A DNA stretch of 38,552 nucleotides from Chthonomonadaceae bacterium (GCA_035650735.1 DASRGZ010000080.1:1-38552), one strand, 5' to 3'; positions 1 to 9,817 are shown, counted from the stretch's first letter. Notes: generated by a model from the letters alone, not told the origin. Made by a program: numbers and translations.

Positions 1-194
1 GTCTGAATACAGCAACGGGCAAGTCGAAGGTCAGGTCAACCGTTTGAAACTGATCAAGCGCTCGATGTATGGTCGGGCGAGGTTTGATTTGCTGCGGGCG
101 CGGGTGCTGCCAATGCACAAGGCAGCCTGAGAAAAGGCCGCAGTGTTGCCCTTCGAGAAGGCTACTCCTCATTCACCAAATCGTCGGGAGTTCC
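1..194 (+). mobile_element. ISL3 element right end with probable terminal IR (~171-194)
   Basis: After the transposase stop, TTCACCAAATCGTCGGGAGTTCC (reverse complement starts GG) resembles ISL3 ends and is followed by AT-rich GTTATAC. Confidence 0.65.
2..130 (+). CDS. ISL3-family transposase, C-terminal end (partial, runs off the window start)
   Basis: Manual translation from base 2: SEYSNGQVEGQVNRLKLIKRSMYGRARFDLLRARVLPMHKAA*, the typical ISL3 C-terminal motif (SNGxxEGxVNRLKxIKRxMYGR). Not in the ORF track. Confidence 0.9.
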   Translation, partial: SEYSNGQVEGQVNRLKLIKRSMYGRARFDLLRARVLPMHKAA

Positions 195-201
195 GTTATA
201 C

Positions 202-1123
202 TGTACCAGTCTGACTTGGCGTCTGTGTACCAGTGGGAATCGCCCGATCTGTACCACCCAGGATCGCCCGCTGTAGACCATGCTGCTGTCGGCAACCCCA
301 CAGGTTTGCTTTGGTTTTGGGTCGCTGCCCCTGACCTTCCTCCTGCTCCGTCCTACCGGGCAGGAGGACATCATGGAGCGACTTTGTATGCAACTCATCC
401 AAGACATCATCTACCGACTGTGCCAAGGCCAATCCGAGCGCGCCGTCGCACGCGATCTGGGACACTCCCGCGTGACGGTGCGCCACTACCGCGAACTGGC
501 GCGGGAGAAAGGCTATCTGGACCGCCAGACGCCCCTGCCGGACGCAGCCCAATTGCTGGCGGAGTTTGGCCCCCCTCTGCCGCCACCGGTTCAAATCTCC
601 ACGGTCGAACCCTACCGGACCCTGGTCGCAGAATGGTTGGCTCAAGGGGTCGAGATGCGCGCCATGCACCGCCATGTGGTGGAACGCCACGGCTACACCG
701 GCAGTTACGGCTCGGTGTGCCGCTTTGTCAAGCATCTGCGTCCGCCCACAAAGCAGGCAGTCGTGCGTATCGAGACACCGCCCGGTCAGCAGGCGCAGGT
801 AGCTTTCGGCGCCGTAGGCAAACTGCGCGATCCGCAAACCGGTCAGGAGCGCCAGGCGTACTGTTTTGTGCTCACCCTCAGTTACTCGCGCCACCAATAT
901 CTGGAGTTGGTCTTCGACCAGAGCATCGCCACCTGGATTGGCTGCCATCGTCGCGCCTTCGAGAGCTTGGGGGGCGTGCCGCGTGAGATCGTGGTGGATA
1001 ATCTCAAAGCCGCCGTTCTCAAAGCGGCTCTGGAAGATGCCATCCTCTGCGCTCCTTACCGCCAGATGGCTCAGCACTATGGCTTTCTCATTCATCCCTG
1101 TCGGGTTCGCACGCCCCAGCACA
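202..1123 (+). mobile_element. IS21-family element, left part, interrupted at ~1123
   Basis: Starts with TG at 202. Reiterated subterminal motifs (TGTACCA at 202, 226 and 250; ATCGCCCG twice) precede an istA-like ORF. Confidence 0.8.
373..1123 (+). pseudogene. istA: IS21 transposase IstA, truncated by an IS3 insertion
   Basis: AGGAGG RBS then ATG at 373. N-terminal HTH (SERAVARDLGHSRVTVRHY), ETPPGQQAQVxF, VVDNLKAAV and PCRVRTPQH, then breaks before the expected KGKVE. Confidence 0.88.
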
Positions 1124-1189
1124 TGATCTACCCCCGACAATTTAGGCCAATGGATGTGTTAGACTCCTCAGAAACGGAGGAGCCAATCC

Positions 1190-1455
1190 ATGAAACAAGG
1201 CCAGTTCTCGCCGGAGCAGATCCTCGCTATCCTGCATGAGGCCCAGGTCGGCGACAAGAGCATCACCGAAGTCTGCTGCCAACACAACCTGACGCAGGCT
1301 ACCTTCTACCGCTGGCGCAAGAAGTACGGGGGCATGAGTGTTCCCGAAGCCCAGCGGCTCAAGGAACTCGAAAAAGAGAACGCCCGCCTCAAACGCCTGC
1401 TCGCCGAGCGCGATCTGGCCATTGACGCGCTCCAAGAATATCTGGCAAAAAAGCA
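1190..1455 (+). CDS. IS3 OrfA (HTH), ending at an A6G slippery site
   Basis: MKQGQFSPEQILAIL...TFYRWRKKYGGM...RLKELEKENARLKRLLAE. AAAAAAG at ~1446-1452 is the usual -1 frameshift signal. End coordinate is approximate. Confidence 0.85.
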
Positions 1456-1922
1456 ACCACACGCCCACAGCAACAGGAGGCGTGAGCCTTTCTCCGACAC
1501 AAAGGACTGTCCGAGCGTTTTGCCTGTCGTCTGTTGCAGGTCAACCGCTCAACCTTTCAGTATCAACCGCGTCCCGACAAAAACGCGCCCCTGCGCCAAC
1601 AGTTGCAGGATTTCGCGCAGAAGAAGCGGCGGCGCGGAGCCGTCAAAGCCCACAACTGGTTGCCTCGAAAAGGCATCCGGGTCAGCAAAAACCGGTACAC
1701 CGGCTCTGGAAGCAGGAGCGGCTTCAGGTCCGCAGACGCACGGGCAAGAAGCGTAAGCCGCCGGGCAAACCGGATATGTCGCTCCTGGCAGCCACACATC
1801 CGGGTCATGTCTGGTCGCTCGATTTTCTCTTTGACGCTGCTGTTGGCGGAACAAAATTCAAAATCCTGACCCTAGGCGACGACTTCACGCGCGAATGTCT
1901 GGCTATCGAGGTGGCGACTTCC
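1453..1922 (+). pseudogene. IS3 OrfB (rve integrase) with in-frame stop, frameshift and truncation
   Basis: In-frame TGA near 1483. LSERFACRLLQVNRSTFQYQP shifts frame near 1690 to VHRLWKQERLQV...HVWSLDF...DDFTRECLAIEVATS and ends before the remaining DDE residues. Confidence 0.85.
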
Positions 1923-2457
1923 CGGCCCTCGCCGTCGCCATTCGGGTCGCCGTTGATCTGATTGATGTTGTTGTCCCGGTTATAGGAATGCACCGTCCAG
2001 GGATTGCCGTAACCGTGATTATAGAGGCTCCAGCCCTGAAACAGCATCACACTCACATAGATTCCGCGGTGCCCGGAGGCGGTTACGCGCTCCCGCAGCC
2101 GCTTGAAGTAGGCGTCGTCGAACTTCCGCAGGTCGAATTTCGGTTTGCCGTCCTGTGCCGTCCCTGGTCCGGTGCGCCGATAGGCGAGCGGCTCGTAGAA
2201 GCTCCGGTTCACCCCGCCTTCCCACGCCCAGAGCCGCACGAAGTTATGGTTCCAGGACTGAAGCTCCTCAGGTACGTCTCGAAGTCAAAGGTTCCAGGCT
2301 GGCTCTCACTCCGCCCGTCCGAGTCGCCAATCGTGCCGCTGTCCTGGAGGTTGTTCCAGGTGTGGGAGCCGGTCAGGTAAACCGCCTTGCCCCTGGTGTC
2401 GGCGAAGTAGCGGGGGTTTGCTGCGCAGACGCGGAGCGGGCCGTGGGTGCGCTCGGT
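1917..2457 (-). pseudogene. DUF6298/DUF4038-like glycoside-hydrolase-type domain remnant
   Basis: GPLRVCAANPRYFADTRGKAVYLTGSHTWNNLQD is in frame with the upstream gene. Frameshift near 2268 to HNFVRLWAWE...GKPKFDLRKFDDAYFKRLRERV...GIYVSVMLFQGW; truncated at the IS3 junction. Confidence 0.7.
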
Positions 2458-4593
2458 CTAGGGCGATGCGGCAGAAGAGGGAAGCACCGAGGCGCACGCG
2501 CGCCGCAGATACTCCTCGAATTGCCAGTCGCCGCTACTGCCTGTCTGCCGCGTGATGACCAGGTCTAGGCTGGGTACAAATGCGATCAGCTGTCCGCCGG
2601 AACCGGGCTTTTCACGGGCGTCCGCAGGGATTCCTTCGCCGTTGCGACCGCTCTCGGGCCAATGCCTGGCGGGCAGCTCCCAACCGTGAGAGAAGACCTG
2701 GGGATTGAGCTTCCAGCGCATCTCGGGCATCGTTACCGTGTGCGTGGGAGCGGCGGTTTGGTCGACGAACCACCTGGGGATGACCTGCCGCTCTTTCCAG
2801 CGACCGTTACGGAGCATGCAATAGGCAATTCGCGCAAGGTCCCGCGCCGGCATGCCCATGCCATGCGGGGTAAGGTGTTCGAGTCCCGGACCTCCGTCAC
2901 GGTGGTCGAACCACCAGTGCTCGATGCCCAGAGGCTTGAACAACGCTTCGATGGCGAACTGATCATAGGGCTTTCCCGTCACGTCCTGGCAGACCAGCGC
3001 CGCATGGTCGAACGCCAGGGTGGAGTAGCCGCAGCCTGTTCCCGGATCAAACGCCAGCCGCGCCGTCCGCGGGTCCCCGCTGTGGCCCAGCACATACTCC
3101 CAGGACCCTTCGTTGGGCGCGCCTGTGGCTTCGGGGCAGATTCCCGAAGTATGGTTCAGCAGTTGTTTCACCGTGATCCGGGCCTTCCTCGGGTCGCTCA
3201 ACGGCTTGGCCCAGGGGATGAACTCGAAAGCCGGATCGTCAAAGCGCATCCGCTTCGGCGTGAGACCATGCTGGCTTCGCTCGGAAGCGATGGCCAGAAC
3301 GGTCGCGCAGACCGCCTTCGAAACCGAAGCCACACGACGCGCATCCGTCCTGGCGCTGTTGCCACGTTCCACCTCCAGCACAATGTATCCATGCCGAATC
3401 ACGACAGCGGCGAAATCCCGGTCGTCGCTCTGCAGCAGCCACTGTCGGAGCGCGTTGAGTTTCGCGGGGTCCATACCGGCAAGGCGTCGAATCTGGTCAG
3501 GCTGATCGAGCTTGCGCCAGCCGCCCCGGGATTCCGGCGGTGGGAAGTACGCATCCATGTTTTCCTTCCCTTCTCGCGGCGAAGAGGTCAGCCGCTGGAG
3601 CGCCGCGTAGACCACCGGGTCGTCTTCGGCGCCACCGAAAGCAAAGGGGTATCGCTGGTTCACCTTCTCTTCCATCAATCCCCATGAAACGTTGTTGGCA
3701 ACACAGAGTTCCGCCGCGCGGGCGCCTTCTTCACCCACCTTATCGTCCTCGTTGCAGACGATCGGCTTCCGATAACGTTTGAGCGCCTCGATCCGTCGGG
3801 GCATCTCTTCCCGCTGCACCCCGTTAAAGTGCACAAGCAGGAGATCGCTTGCTCGCGCAACGGCATCCGGCACCGTGCCGTCGCCCAGGCCGCTGGTGGA
3901 GACCAACAGGCCCGGTGCGACACGCTTCGCCAAACGAATCAGATCGGCCTGTCCTTCTGCGGACGCCAGAAGGTGGTGGTTGAAGCCTGCATGGCCGAAT
4001 TCATTGGCGATCTCAAGCACCACATTGGTGAAGCCGTTGCGACGAATCCATTGCGCGACGTTCCGGACGCCTGCGCGAACGGCCTCCTCGTCCCGGAGCC
4101 GCTCATCCTGCCTCTGATAGTAGCAGCCGAGAATGACCACAGCGCCGCACCGATCACAGGCCTCAATGACCCGCCGCACGCGCACCATGTATTCGTCCCG
4201 CAGCGAGCCGTCAGGCTCAAAAGCCGAGTTCACCGCTCCCTCGTACCCGGGCATTCCTCCCTGGAGATTCAGCGTGAATGCGCGCAGGCCGTATGCCACG
4301 TAGTCGGGCAGGCAGGCAAGGAACCGGCTGGTGTTGGCATCGGCGTCGAACTCCGGTTTGTGCGTGTCCTCGAAGACGGCATTGACCATGCGGGCGTTCA
4401 TCAAGAGCCCTTCTGCGGCGGTACCGGGGTAGGTCAGTTTGCCGTTGATCCGCCACTTGCCGCCAGCAACCGTCACGCGCGTCGCTGGATCGCCGGGGCG
4501 GATGCGCTCGCTGCGCGGCGGGTACGGCGCGCACGCTCCCATCGCGGCGCTGGTGATCAGCAGAAACAGAGCCGACGCGGGCCAGTGTGTCAT
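2458..4593 (-). CDS. Secreted two-domain protein: GH-like TIM barrel plus beta-lactamase-family serine hydrolase
   Basis: Signal-like N-terminus. EIANEF and IVCNED glutamate motifs; C-terminal SVSK (SxxK), LLNHTSG, YST and LDLVITR. Confidence 0.8.
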   Translation of the reverse strand: MTHWPASALFLLITSAAMGACAPYPPRSERIRPGDPATRVTVAGGKWRINGKLTYPGTAAEGLLMNARMVNAVFEDTHKPEFDADANTSRFLACLPDYVAYGLRAFTLNLQGGMPGYEGAVNSAFEPDGSLRDEYMVRVRRVIEACDRCGAVVILGCYYQRQDERLRDEEAVRAGVRNVAQWIRRNGFTNVVLEIANEFGHAGFNHHLLASAEGQADLIRLAKRVAPGLLVSTSGLGDGTVPDAVARASDLLLVHFNGVQREEMPRRIEALKRYRKPIVCNEDDKVGEEGARAAELCVANNVSWGLMEEKVNQRYPFAFGGAEDDPVVYAALQRLTSSPREGKENMDAYFPPPESRGGWRKLDQPDQIRRLAGMDPAKLNALRQWLLQSDDRDFAAVVIRHGYIVLEVERGNSARTDARRVASVSKAVCATVLAIASERSQHGLTPKRMRFDDPAFEFIPWAKPLSDPRKARITVKQLLNHTSGICPEATGAPNEGSWEYVLGHSGDPRTARLAFDPGTGCGYSTLAFDHAALVCQDVTGKPYDQFAIEALFKPLGIEHWWFDHRDGGPGLEHLTPHGMGMPARDLARIAYCMLRNGRWKERQVIPRWFVDQTAAPTHTVTMPEMRWKLNPQVFSHGWELPARHWPESGRNGEGIPADAREKPGSGGQLIAFVPSLDLVITRQTGSSGDWQFEEYLRRACASVLPSSAASP

Positions 4594-4939
4594 CTTCGCA
4601 CCTCCTTCCTGGCAACGGAACGTACTCTCATCCTCGTCCTCGCATCTTTCCCGCTGCGGGGCTCGAATTGGCCCCAGCGCGGCCCGGCATCGCCCGCTCG
4701 CGTGTCTGGAGAGGTGGCCGAGAGCGCAACCGCTGTGAGTCCTACTGATCCGCGCATTGATTACTCATAGTGGAACAGATTGCATTCCTCTCAGAGCACT
4801 GGCCGGAATAGTAATATCCAATCCGGTGAATTTCTTCCCATATGCGCTGCACCTTGAGGTAGCCATACGATAAGTATTCCATCGGACTTGATATATAATA
4901 ACCTGCGCTCGGATCAGTAGCAGGATAGCTTGCATCGCT

Positions 4940-5495
4940 TTGCGCTATCTCACCTTTCCGTTCCAGCCGAACGGATCCGACGACAGCGATGATCTGTCGG
5001 CGGGCCGTATGAGCGTTTCCCTGAGCGTCTTTGCGCGTCGCCTGGATCGTGTAGATGCCGGGAACGAGTCCCCGTGTTGTGAAGTCGCCCTGCACAGGCC
5101 CGCCCTGCCTCGTGTACGCAAGCTCGGCCACGGCCCGTATCCCTGCAAGGAGGACTGCCTTGACCTGCCCGCCAGGTTGGGCGGCACGGACCGTCCAGTG
5201 GATACTCTCACCGACGTAATACTCGTCGAGAGGCGTGGCGATGGCCAGCGGAGGCTCCTCGATAGCCTGAAGGGAGACGTCGTCAATATAGAACAGCGCC
5301 TTTCGGGTCTGCTCCGGATCGCTCGGTATCGGGCAACTGATGTGGATGTCCAGGCCCTCGAAGTCGTCACGCAGGCGACCCTCGGTCACAAAATGGTTCC
5401 AGGCGGCCGGATCCTCGATCCCTCCGGAATAGGAGAGTCCGCCCAGGAATTCGGCTTTCCCGAACTGCCGCAGAGTCATTCCCGGCACGGCCGCG
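4940..5495 (-). pseudogene. C-terminal remnant of an unknown protein (beta-sandwich-like)
   Basis: Protein-like stretch AVPGMTLRQFG...FYIDDVSLQAIEEPPLAIATPLDEYYVGE...LVPGIYTIQAT with no credible start. Boundaries approximate. Confidence 0.45.
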
Positions 5496-5496
5496 C

Positions 5497-6308
5497 CACC
5501 GCCGTCCTCTCCGACTTCACCTCTAACCGCTTCGTCCGACCCAGTCAAACGGACCCGAAGCGGTTGCTCGAGTGGGACTGGATTGCCTTCTCTGTCCTCC
5601 CCCCAGGGTTCACTCCCATCGAGTTGTCCCCGCTTTGCCCGCTGGGCACCAACTCGGCGGTCGCCACCGTCAGCCAGAACAGATCGGTCGTGACGGCGCG
5701 CAATCTCGAAGTTGTGTCCGATGCCACCAACGTCCTGGCCCTCGAGTGTGCGGTGCGCCGACGCGCCCTCCTCGCAGCGGCTTCGCGCTCCCCGGAGGCT
5801 GTCCACCTGGCGGCCAGCCATCGGGTGCTCCGCCCCCAGATCTACGGGGATCCGCGTCTCCAGGCGCATTTCCGCCTCTTCAGCCTCTGTAGTGCCGGGC
5901 GGAATGTGGGCGCCAACCGCTTTGAGGAAGAAGCCCTGGCGGAACACGTTGGCTTCTACCTGCGGGCGCTCACTGCCTTCCTGGGCGGGGGAGCGGCCTT
6001 CCGGGTTTTCCGTGACCGACCTTGCCTCGGCCCCGCCCCGAGACAGATGGCTGTCCGTCGCTCTGGCCCCGCTGCGGGAGGAGTTTCGCGCCGTGGAGTT
6101 CGGATTCGACCAGGAGCGCTCCGCAGGGCGGGGCTACTATGACGGCGTCTGCTTCCATATCCACGAGACGTCTTCAGGCCGTCCCATTGAGCTCGTGGAC
6201 GGCGGGGCCGTAGACTGGACGCAGAAGCTGCTCCACAGCGTCAAGGAGCGCCTCTTCATTAGCGGTATCGGCAGCGAGAGGGTTTGCGCCCTAGACCACC
6301 TTCCATAG
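5497..6308 (+). pseudogene. Conserved hypothetical protein with class II aaRS-like motifs, 5'-truncated and frameshifted
   Basis: NRFVRPS...ELSPLCPLGT...EVVSDATNVLALE...HFRLFSLCSAGR, frameshift in TTTT at ~6006-6009, then GRGYYDGVCF...DGGAVDWTQKLL...SGIGSERV*. Confidence 0.65.
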
Positions 6309-6322
6309 AGTAAGGGGCCTTT

Positions 6323-8359
6323 TCATCGGTCGGACGGAGTAAACTGGGCCACGAATCCGCCATCTACGGCTACCCGCACCCGCAGCGTCTCGTCCGAGGA
6401 GGCCGCGAACGTCTCCACCGTCAGCCGGTTCGGGTCGGCTTCCGCCTCCGGCGCATCCTTCCAGACCTTCGCCGCGTACCGCCCCGGCCCCAGGAACGAC
6501 AGCGGCAGTTCCACGACTCGCGCCCGCTTGGCTGCCATGCCGCCTACATACCACGTCCGACCCCGGCGCCGCGTCGTGACCAGAACCTCCCCCACCTCGC
6601 CCACCAGAGCCCGCGTCTCATCCCACCAGGTCGGAACTACTTTGAGGAAGTCAAAGCCCGGCTGCCCTTCGTAGGCGGTCGGATAGTCGGCAATCATCGG
6701 CTGGGGGTTGTCGAAGCAGACATACATCGCCAGATGATGCCCGCGCGTCCCCAGCACGTTGGGCGCGATGTTGTGGGGCGTAAACTGCGCTCGCGTCACC
6801 GCCCGGAACCCGCCCAGATGATAGTCCATCGGCCCTGCCAGCAGGCGCGTGAACGCCAGCAGCAGATTGTGCTCTGGCGTGCAGCGGTCGCTCCACTTGA
6901 GGTATTCGAGGTTCAGCGCGCCCTCGTGGTTCATCAGGTTGGGGTAGGTGCGCTGCATCCCGGTCGGCTTCCAGACGCCGTGAAAGTGGATCAGCAGATG
7001 ATGCCGCGCCGCCGCCTGCAATATCTCCTCCGCGAGCTCCACCATCTCCTGATCGTCATGATCGAAGAAGTCCACCATCATGCCGCGCCAGCCTAGTCTC
7101 TCGAAGGCCGTAAATGTCTCCTCGACTCGCCCGCGCAGCGCCGCCTGATGCACCCACGTCCACAGCCGGACGCCCCTCGCCTCCGCATAGCGGCGAATGC
7201 CTTCCAGATCCAGATCGGCGCGGACTTGGGTGACGTCGGTGTCCGGGCCTGGCTCGATGCCCTGCTTCGACTGCCGGTACCAGGGCGTCACCGTTTCATC
7301 AGCGATGACGGAGTGGTAGAGAATGCCGTTGCGGGCGCAAAAATCTATGTACTTCTGCGCCATCGGCAGCGAGAGGATGGGCGGGCCTGGCCTGGAATCG
7401 TAGAGATTGCCGTTCCACCAGGACCAGGTCATCTTGCCGGGCTGGATCCAGGACGTGTCTTTGAGGACGGACGGCGCGTTGAGGCAGTAGATAACATTCG
7501 ATTCCAGCAAGGCTCCGGCCCGGTCGCCGACCATCACGACGCGCCAGGGCGTCACCATCGGCAGGTCGCGGACGACTTTCGTCCCGTCCGGGCGCGGGGT
7601 GAGGCGGCAGATCAGTTCCGTTTTCTGCCCCCTCTGGGAAGGGCGCATCAGCGACATTCCGGCATAGCGGCGCAGCGCCGCCTCTGTAATGGCCATGTGG
7701 GTGCCATCGTCGAAGGCGAAGGTCGCGGGCATGTCCAGCAGCGTATCGGCCTTCACGTCGCGCAGGGGCGTCGTGGTGACGTTGTGCTCGTGCGAAGTGT
7801 GGTAGTTTTCCAGGTATTGTACGTAGGCGCGTGGATTGCCGGCAAGCCCGAACGACGTTCCCTCTTCGACCACGGTCAGCCGCTCCATTCCCTTCTGTTT
7901 CGGAACGACATAGCGAAATGCGAGGGCATCGTCGTAGCAGCGAAATAGCACATCCACGCGGCGTCTGCGGGGCGTTTCGAGGGAGAAGCGGACCTCCCGG
8001 TAGCGGTCTCGCGCGACCGCAGCCTTGCCGAAGAGGATACGAATGCGCTTATCCGCGCTCCGGTGGCGCTCGCTTCGCACCCGCACGCCCGCCAGCAGGT
8101 CGCCCTCGTCGGCGACGCTGAGGCTAAGGCGGCAGTCGGTCAGGAGCGGCTTGCCCTGAAACGTCGCCGACCACAGCGGCGTTTGCGCGGAGCCGGGCGG
8201 CGGCATCTGTATCTGTACGGAGAGGCGACCGTCGGGAGAGGTCAGGGTGCGGGGGATGTCGGCATGGGCAGCCCGCCCGCCGAGGACCGCTAGCCCGCCG
8301 AGGGCACAACTGATGATGGCGGCCCCGGAACACCGGGAAGAGGGAAAGCGATAGGGCAT
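6323..8359 (-). CDS. Glycoside hydrolase family 97 (probably retaining, alpha-galactosidase-like)
   Basis: Signal peptide; WIQPGKMTWSWW, YIDFCA, GMMVDF, RTYPNLMNHEG, FTRLLAGPMDY, VPTWWDETR. Asp in 'VDF' suggests the retaining subgroup. Confidence 0.93.
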   Translation of the reverse strand: MPYRFPSSRCSGAAIISCALGGLAVLGGRAAHADIPRTLTSPDGRLSVQIQMPPPGSAQTPLWSATFQGKPLLTDCRLSLSVADEGDLLAGVRVRSERHRSADKRIRILFGKAAVARDRYREVRFSLETPRRRRVDVLFRCYDDALAFRYVVPKQKGMERLTVVEEGTSFGLAGNPRAYVQYLENYHTSHEHNVTTTPLRDVKADTLLDMPATFAFDDGTHMAITEAALRRYAGMSLMRPSQRGQKTELICRLTPRPDGTKVVRDLPMVTPWRVVMVGDRAGALLESNVIYCLNAPSVLKDTSWIQPGKMTWSWWNGNLYDSRPGPPILSLPMAQKYIDFCARNGILYHSVIADETVTPWYRQSKQGIEPGPDTDVTQVRADLDLEGIRRYAEARGVRLWTWVHQAALRGRVEETFTAFERLGWRGMMVDFFDHDDQEMVELAEEILQAAARHHLLIHFHGVWKPTGMQRTYPNLMNHEGALNLEYLKWSDRCTPEHNLLLAFTRLLAGPMDYHLGGFRAVTRAQFTPHNIAPNVLGTRGHHLAMYVCFDNPQPMIADYPTAYEGQPGFDFLKVVPTWWDETRALVGEVGEVLVTTRRRGRTWYVGGMAAKRARVVELPLSFLGPGRYAAKVWKDAPEAEADPNRLTVETFAASSDETLRVRVAVDGGFVAQFTPSDR

Positions 8360-8467
8360 GAGTGGGGTTTCCGTGACAACACGTAAGCGTGACGCCGGTT
8401 TGGACGAGCGGAAGGTGAAAAGCCTGTCATCCCTACTATGTTATCCCGTCTTCTGCCGATTTCCTCC

Positions 8468-8496
8468 TTGCTCTAAATCCCGAATGTTTAGAGCAA
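8468..8496. repeat. 10-bp inverted repeat TTGCTCTAAA-N9-TTTAGAGCAA in a divergent intergenic region
   Basis: Perfect arms at 8468-8477 and 8487-8496, read directly. Confidence 0.8.
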
Positions 8497-8640
8497 TCAA
8501 ATTGACATCATCCCAATTATAACCGTTTTCTGCTTTCCAGACGAGGTTTACAGCTGCTTTGCCCGATTCTGCTTACTCCAGGACGCCTATGCCTGCCTGC
8601 GAAAAAGGCTTTCTTGATGAGAGTAGGGTAAAATAGAACC

Positions 8641-9771
8641 ATGACTACTGGAATCTGTCCCGTCACCATTGACGACCCCATCAACGCTGCTATCCTGGCC
8701 GTCTCCGAGGATCAAATCCAGGGTTTTTTGGAAGACCCCTTCGGCGCTATCGCCGCCCAGGCCGGCCTGCCCGTCCCGGTGGTTATTGAGCGCATTGCGG
8801 GCATGTTGCGCGCCGGCACTATTCGCCGCGTCCGCCAGACCCTGATGGCTACCAACCTGGCTCCGGGCGCCCTGGTGGCCTGGCAGGTACCGGAGGAGCG
8901 CCTGCAAGACGCCTTCGATTACCTGTTCCAGCAAGACCCCTTCTCCGGCCACGTCGTCATTCGCACCGCCGATCCGGCCACCTCCGGCTCTCGCTACCGT
9001 CTCTGGACGACGCTCAAAGTCCCGCAGGGCTACTCGCTTAGCAAGCACGCCGACTTCCTGGCAGGCCAAATCGGCGCGCAGCGCTATCGGCTGATGCCGG
9101 CCCGATGCGTCTTTACCCTGGGGGTGGGCCATATCCGCCGGCGGGGCATGGAGATCGGCAGCAAGTCCGAGGAACTGGCCGACGTGCTGAAGACCGAGGT
9201 GGTGCGCCTGAGTCCGCTGGAATGGCAGGTGCTGGTGGCGCTCAAACGCGAGTTTGCGCCGGAGGAGCTTCGCCGCGACCTGTGGCGGGCGCGGGCGGAA
9301 GAGGCGGGCGTGGACCTGGCGACCTTCCTGAAGGTCGGGCGCTCTCTGAACGAGCGCAGGATCATCGGGCGCTTCTCTACGTTCCTGGAGCACGTTAAGC
9401 CGACGGCGGGCAACAAGCGGGTCACGCGCTACAACGCCCTGTTTCATTGGGCTGTGCCTGCGGGGCGCGAGATCGAGGCGGGGCGGCAGGTGGGCCGCTT
9501 CCACATCATGACCCACGCCTACTGGCGCGAGGGCGGCCCGGAGTTCCATAACGTCAATGTCATGGGCGTCGTCCACGGACTGGATAAGTCCGTCGTACTG
9601 GCCCACAAGGCCGCCATTGATGCGCATCTGGCTTCGGTAGGCATTCCCGTTAGCTACACTAACGTTTTCTGGGGAGGCCGCAGCGAGATCAAGCCCTCCG
9701 AGATCGCTCCCAGCGCCTACCGGCAGTTTTGCCAGGAGGTCGGGCTCGACCCGGACGCCATGCGGGAGTAG
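8641..9771 (+). CDS. Fused AhbA/AhbB (NirDL-like) siroheme decarboxylase, Lrp/AsnC fold
   Basis: Two tandem HTH+AsnC-like units: PFGAIAAQAG...GTIRRV...ALVAWQVP...GHVVIR and RIIGRF...NALFHWAVP...THAYWR...NVMGVVHG. Confidence 0.78.
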   Translation: MTTGICPVTIDDPINAAILAVSEDQIQGFLEDPFGAIAAQAGLPVPVVIERIAGMLRAGTIRRVRQTLMATNLAPGALVAWQVPEERLQDAFDYLFQQDPFSGHVVIRTADPATSGSRYRLWTTLKVPQGYSLSKHADFLAGQIGAQRYRLMPARCVFTLGVGHIRRRGMEIGSKSEELADVLKTEVVRLSPLEWQVLVALKREFAPEELRRDLWRARAEEAGVDLATFLKVGRSLNERRIIGRFSTFLEHVKPTAGNKRVTRYNALFHWAVPAGREIEAGRQVGRFHIMTHAYWREGGPEFHNVNVMGVVHGLDKSVVLAHKAAIDAHLASVGIPVSYTNVFWGGRSEIKPSEIAPSAYRQFCQEVGLDPDAMRE

Positions 9772-9817
9772 CGCCCACCTGCTCCGCGCTGCTTGAGGGC
9801 AGGCAAAGGAGAATCCA

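Larger units (their letters stand above)
1124..1922 (+). mobile_element. IS3-family element, degenerate and right-truncated
   Basis: Left end TGATCTACCCCCGACAATTTAGGCCAA at 1124. OrfA and OrfB remnants follow; no right IR found. Confidence 0.85.

Noticed and set aside
202..280. Short repeated TGTACCA/ATCGCCCG units as a CRISPR array or iterons
   Set aside because: The ~24-bp period with no unique spacers, at the TG end upstream of istA, fits IS21 subterminal repeats.
2458..2460. TAG as programmed pyrrolysine or readthrough codon
   Set aside because: The downstream domain also has a frameshift and truncation, and no pyl genes are seen; a nonsense mutation is simpler.
4742..4940. AT-rich patch as a separate foreign gene or RNA
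   Set aside because: Short, with no recognisable structure or motif; only the compositional shift is evident.
4742..6142. Overlapping 400-aa ORFs 4742-5947(-) and 4940-6142(+) as a real antisense gene pair
   Set aside because: Each is protein-like only on its own side of ~5496; they are two headless remnants reading through each other.
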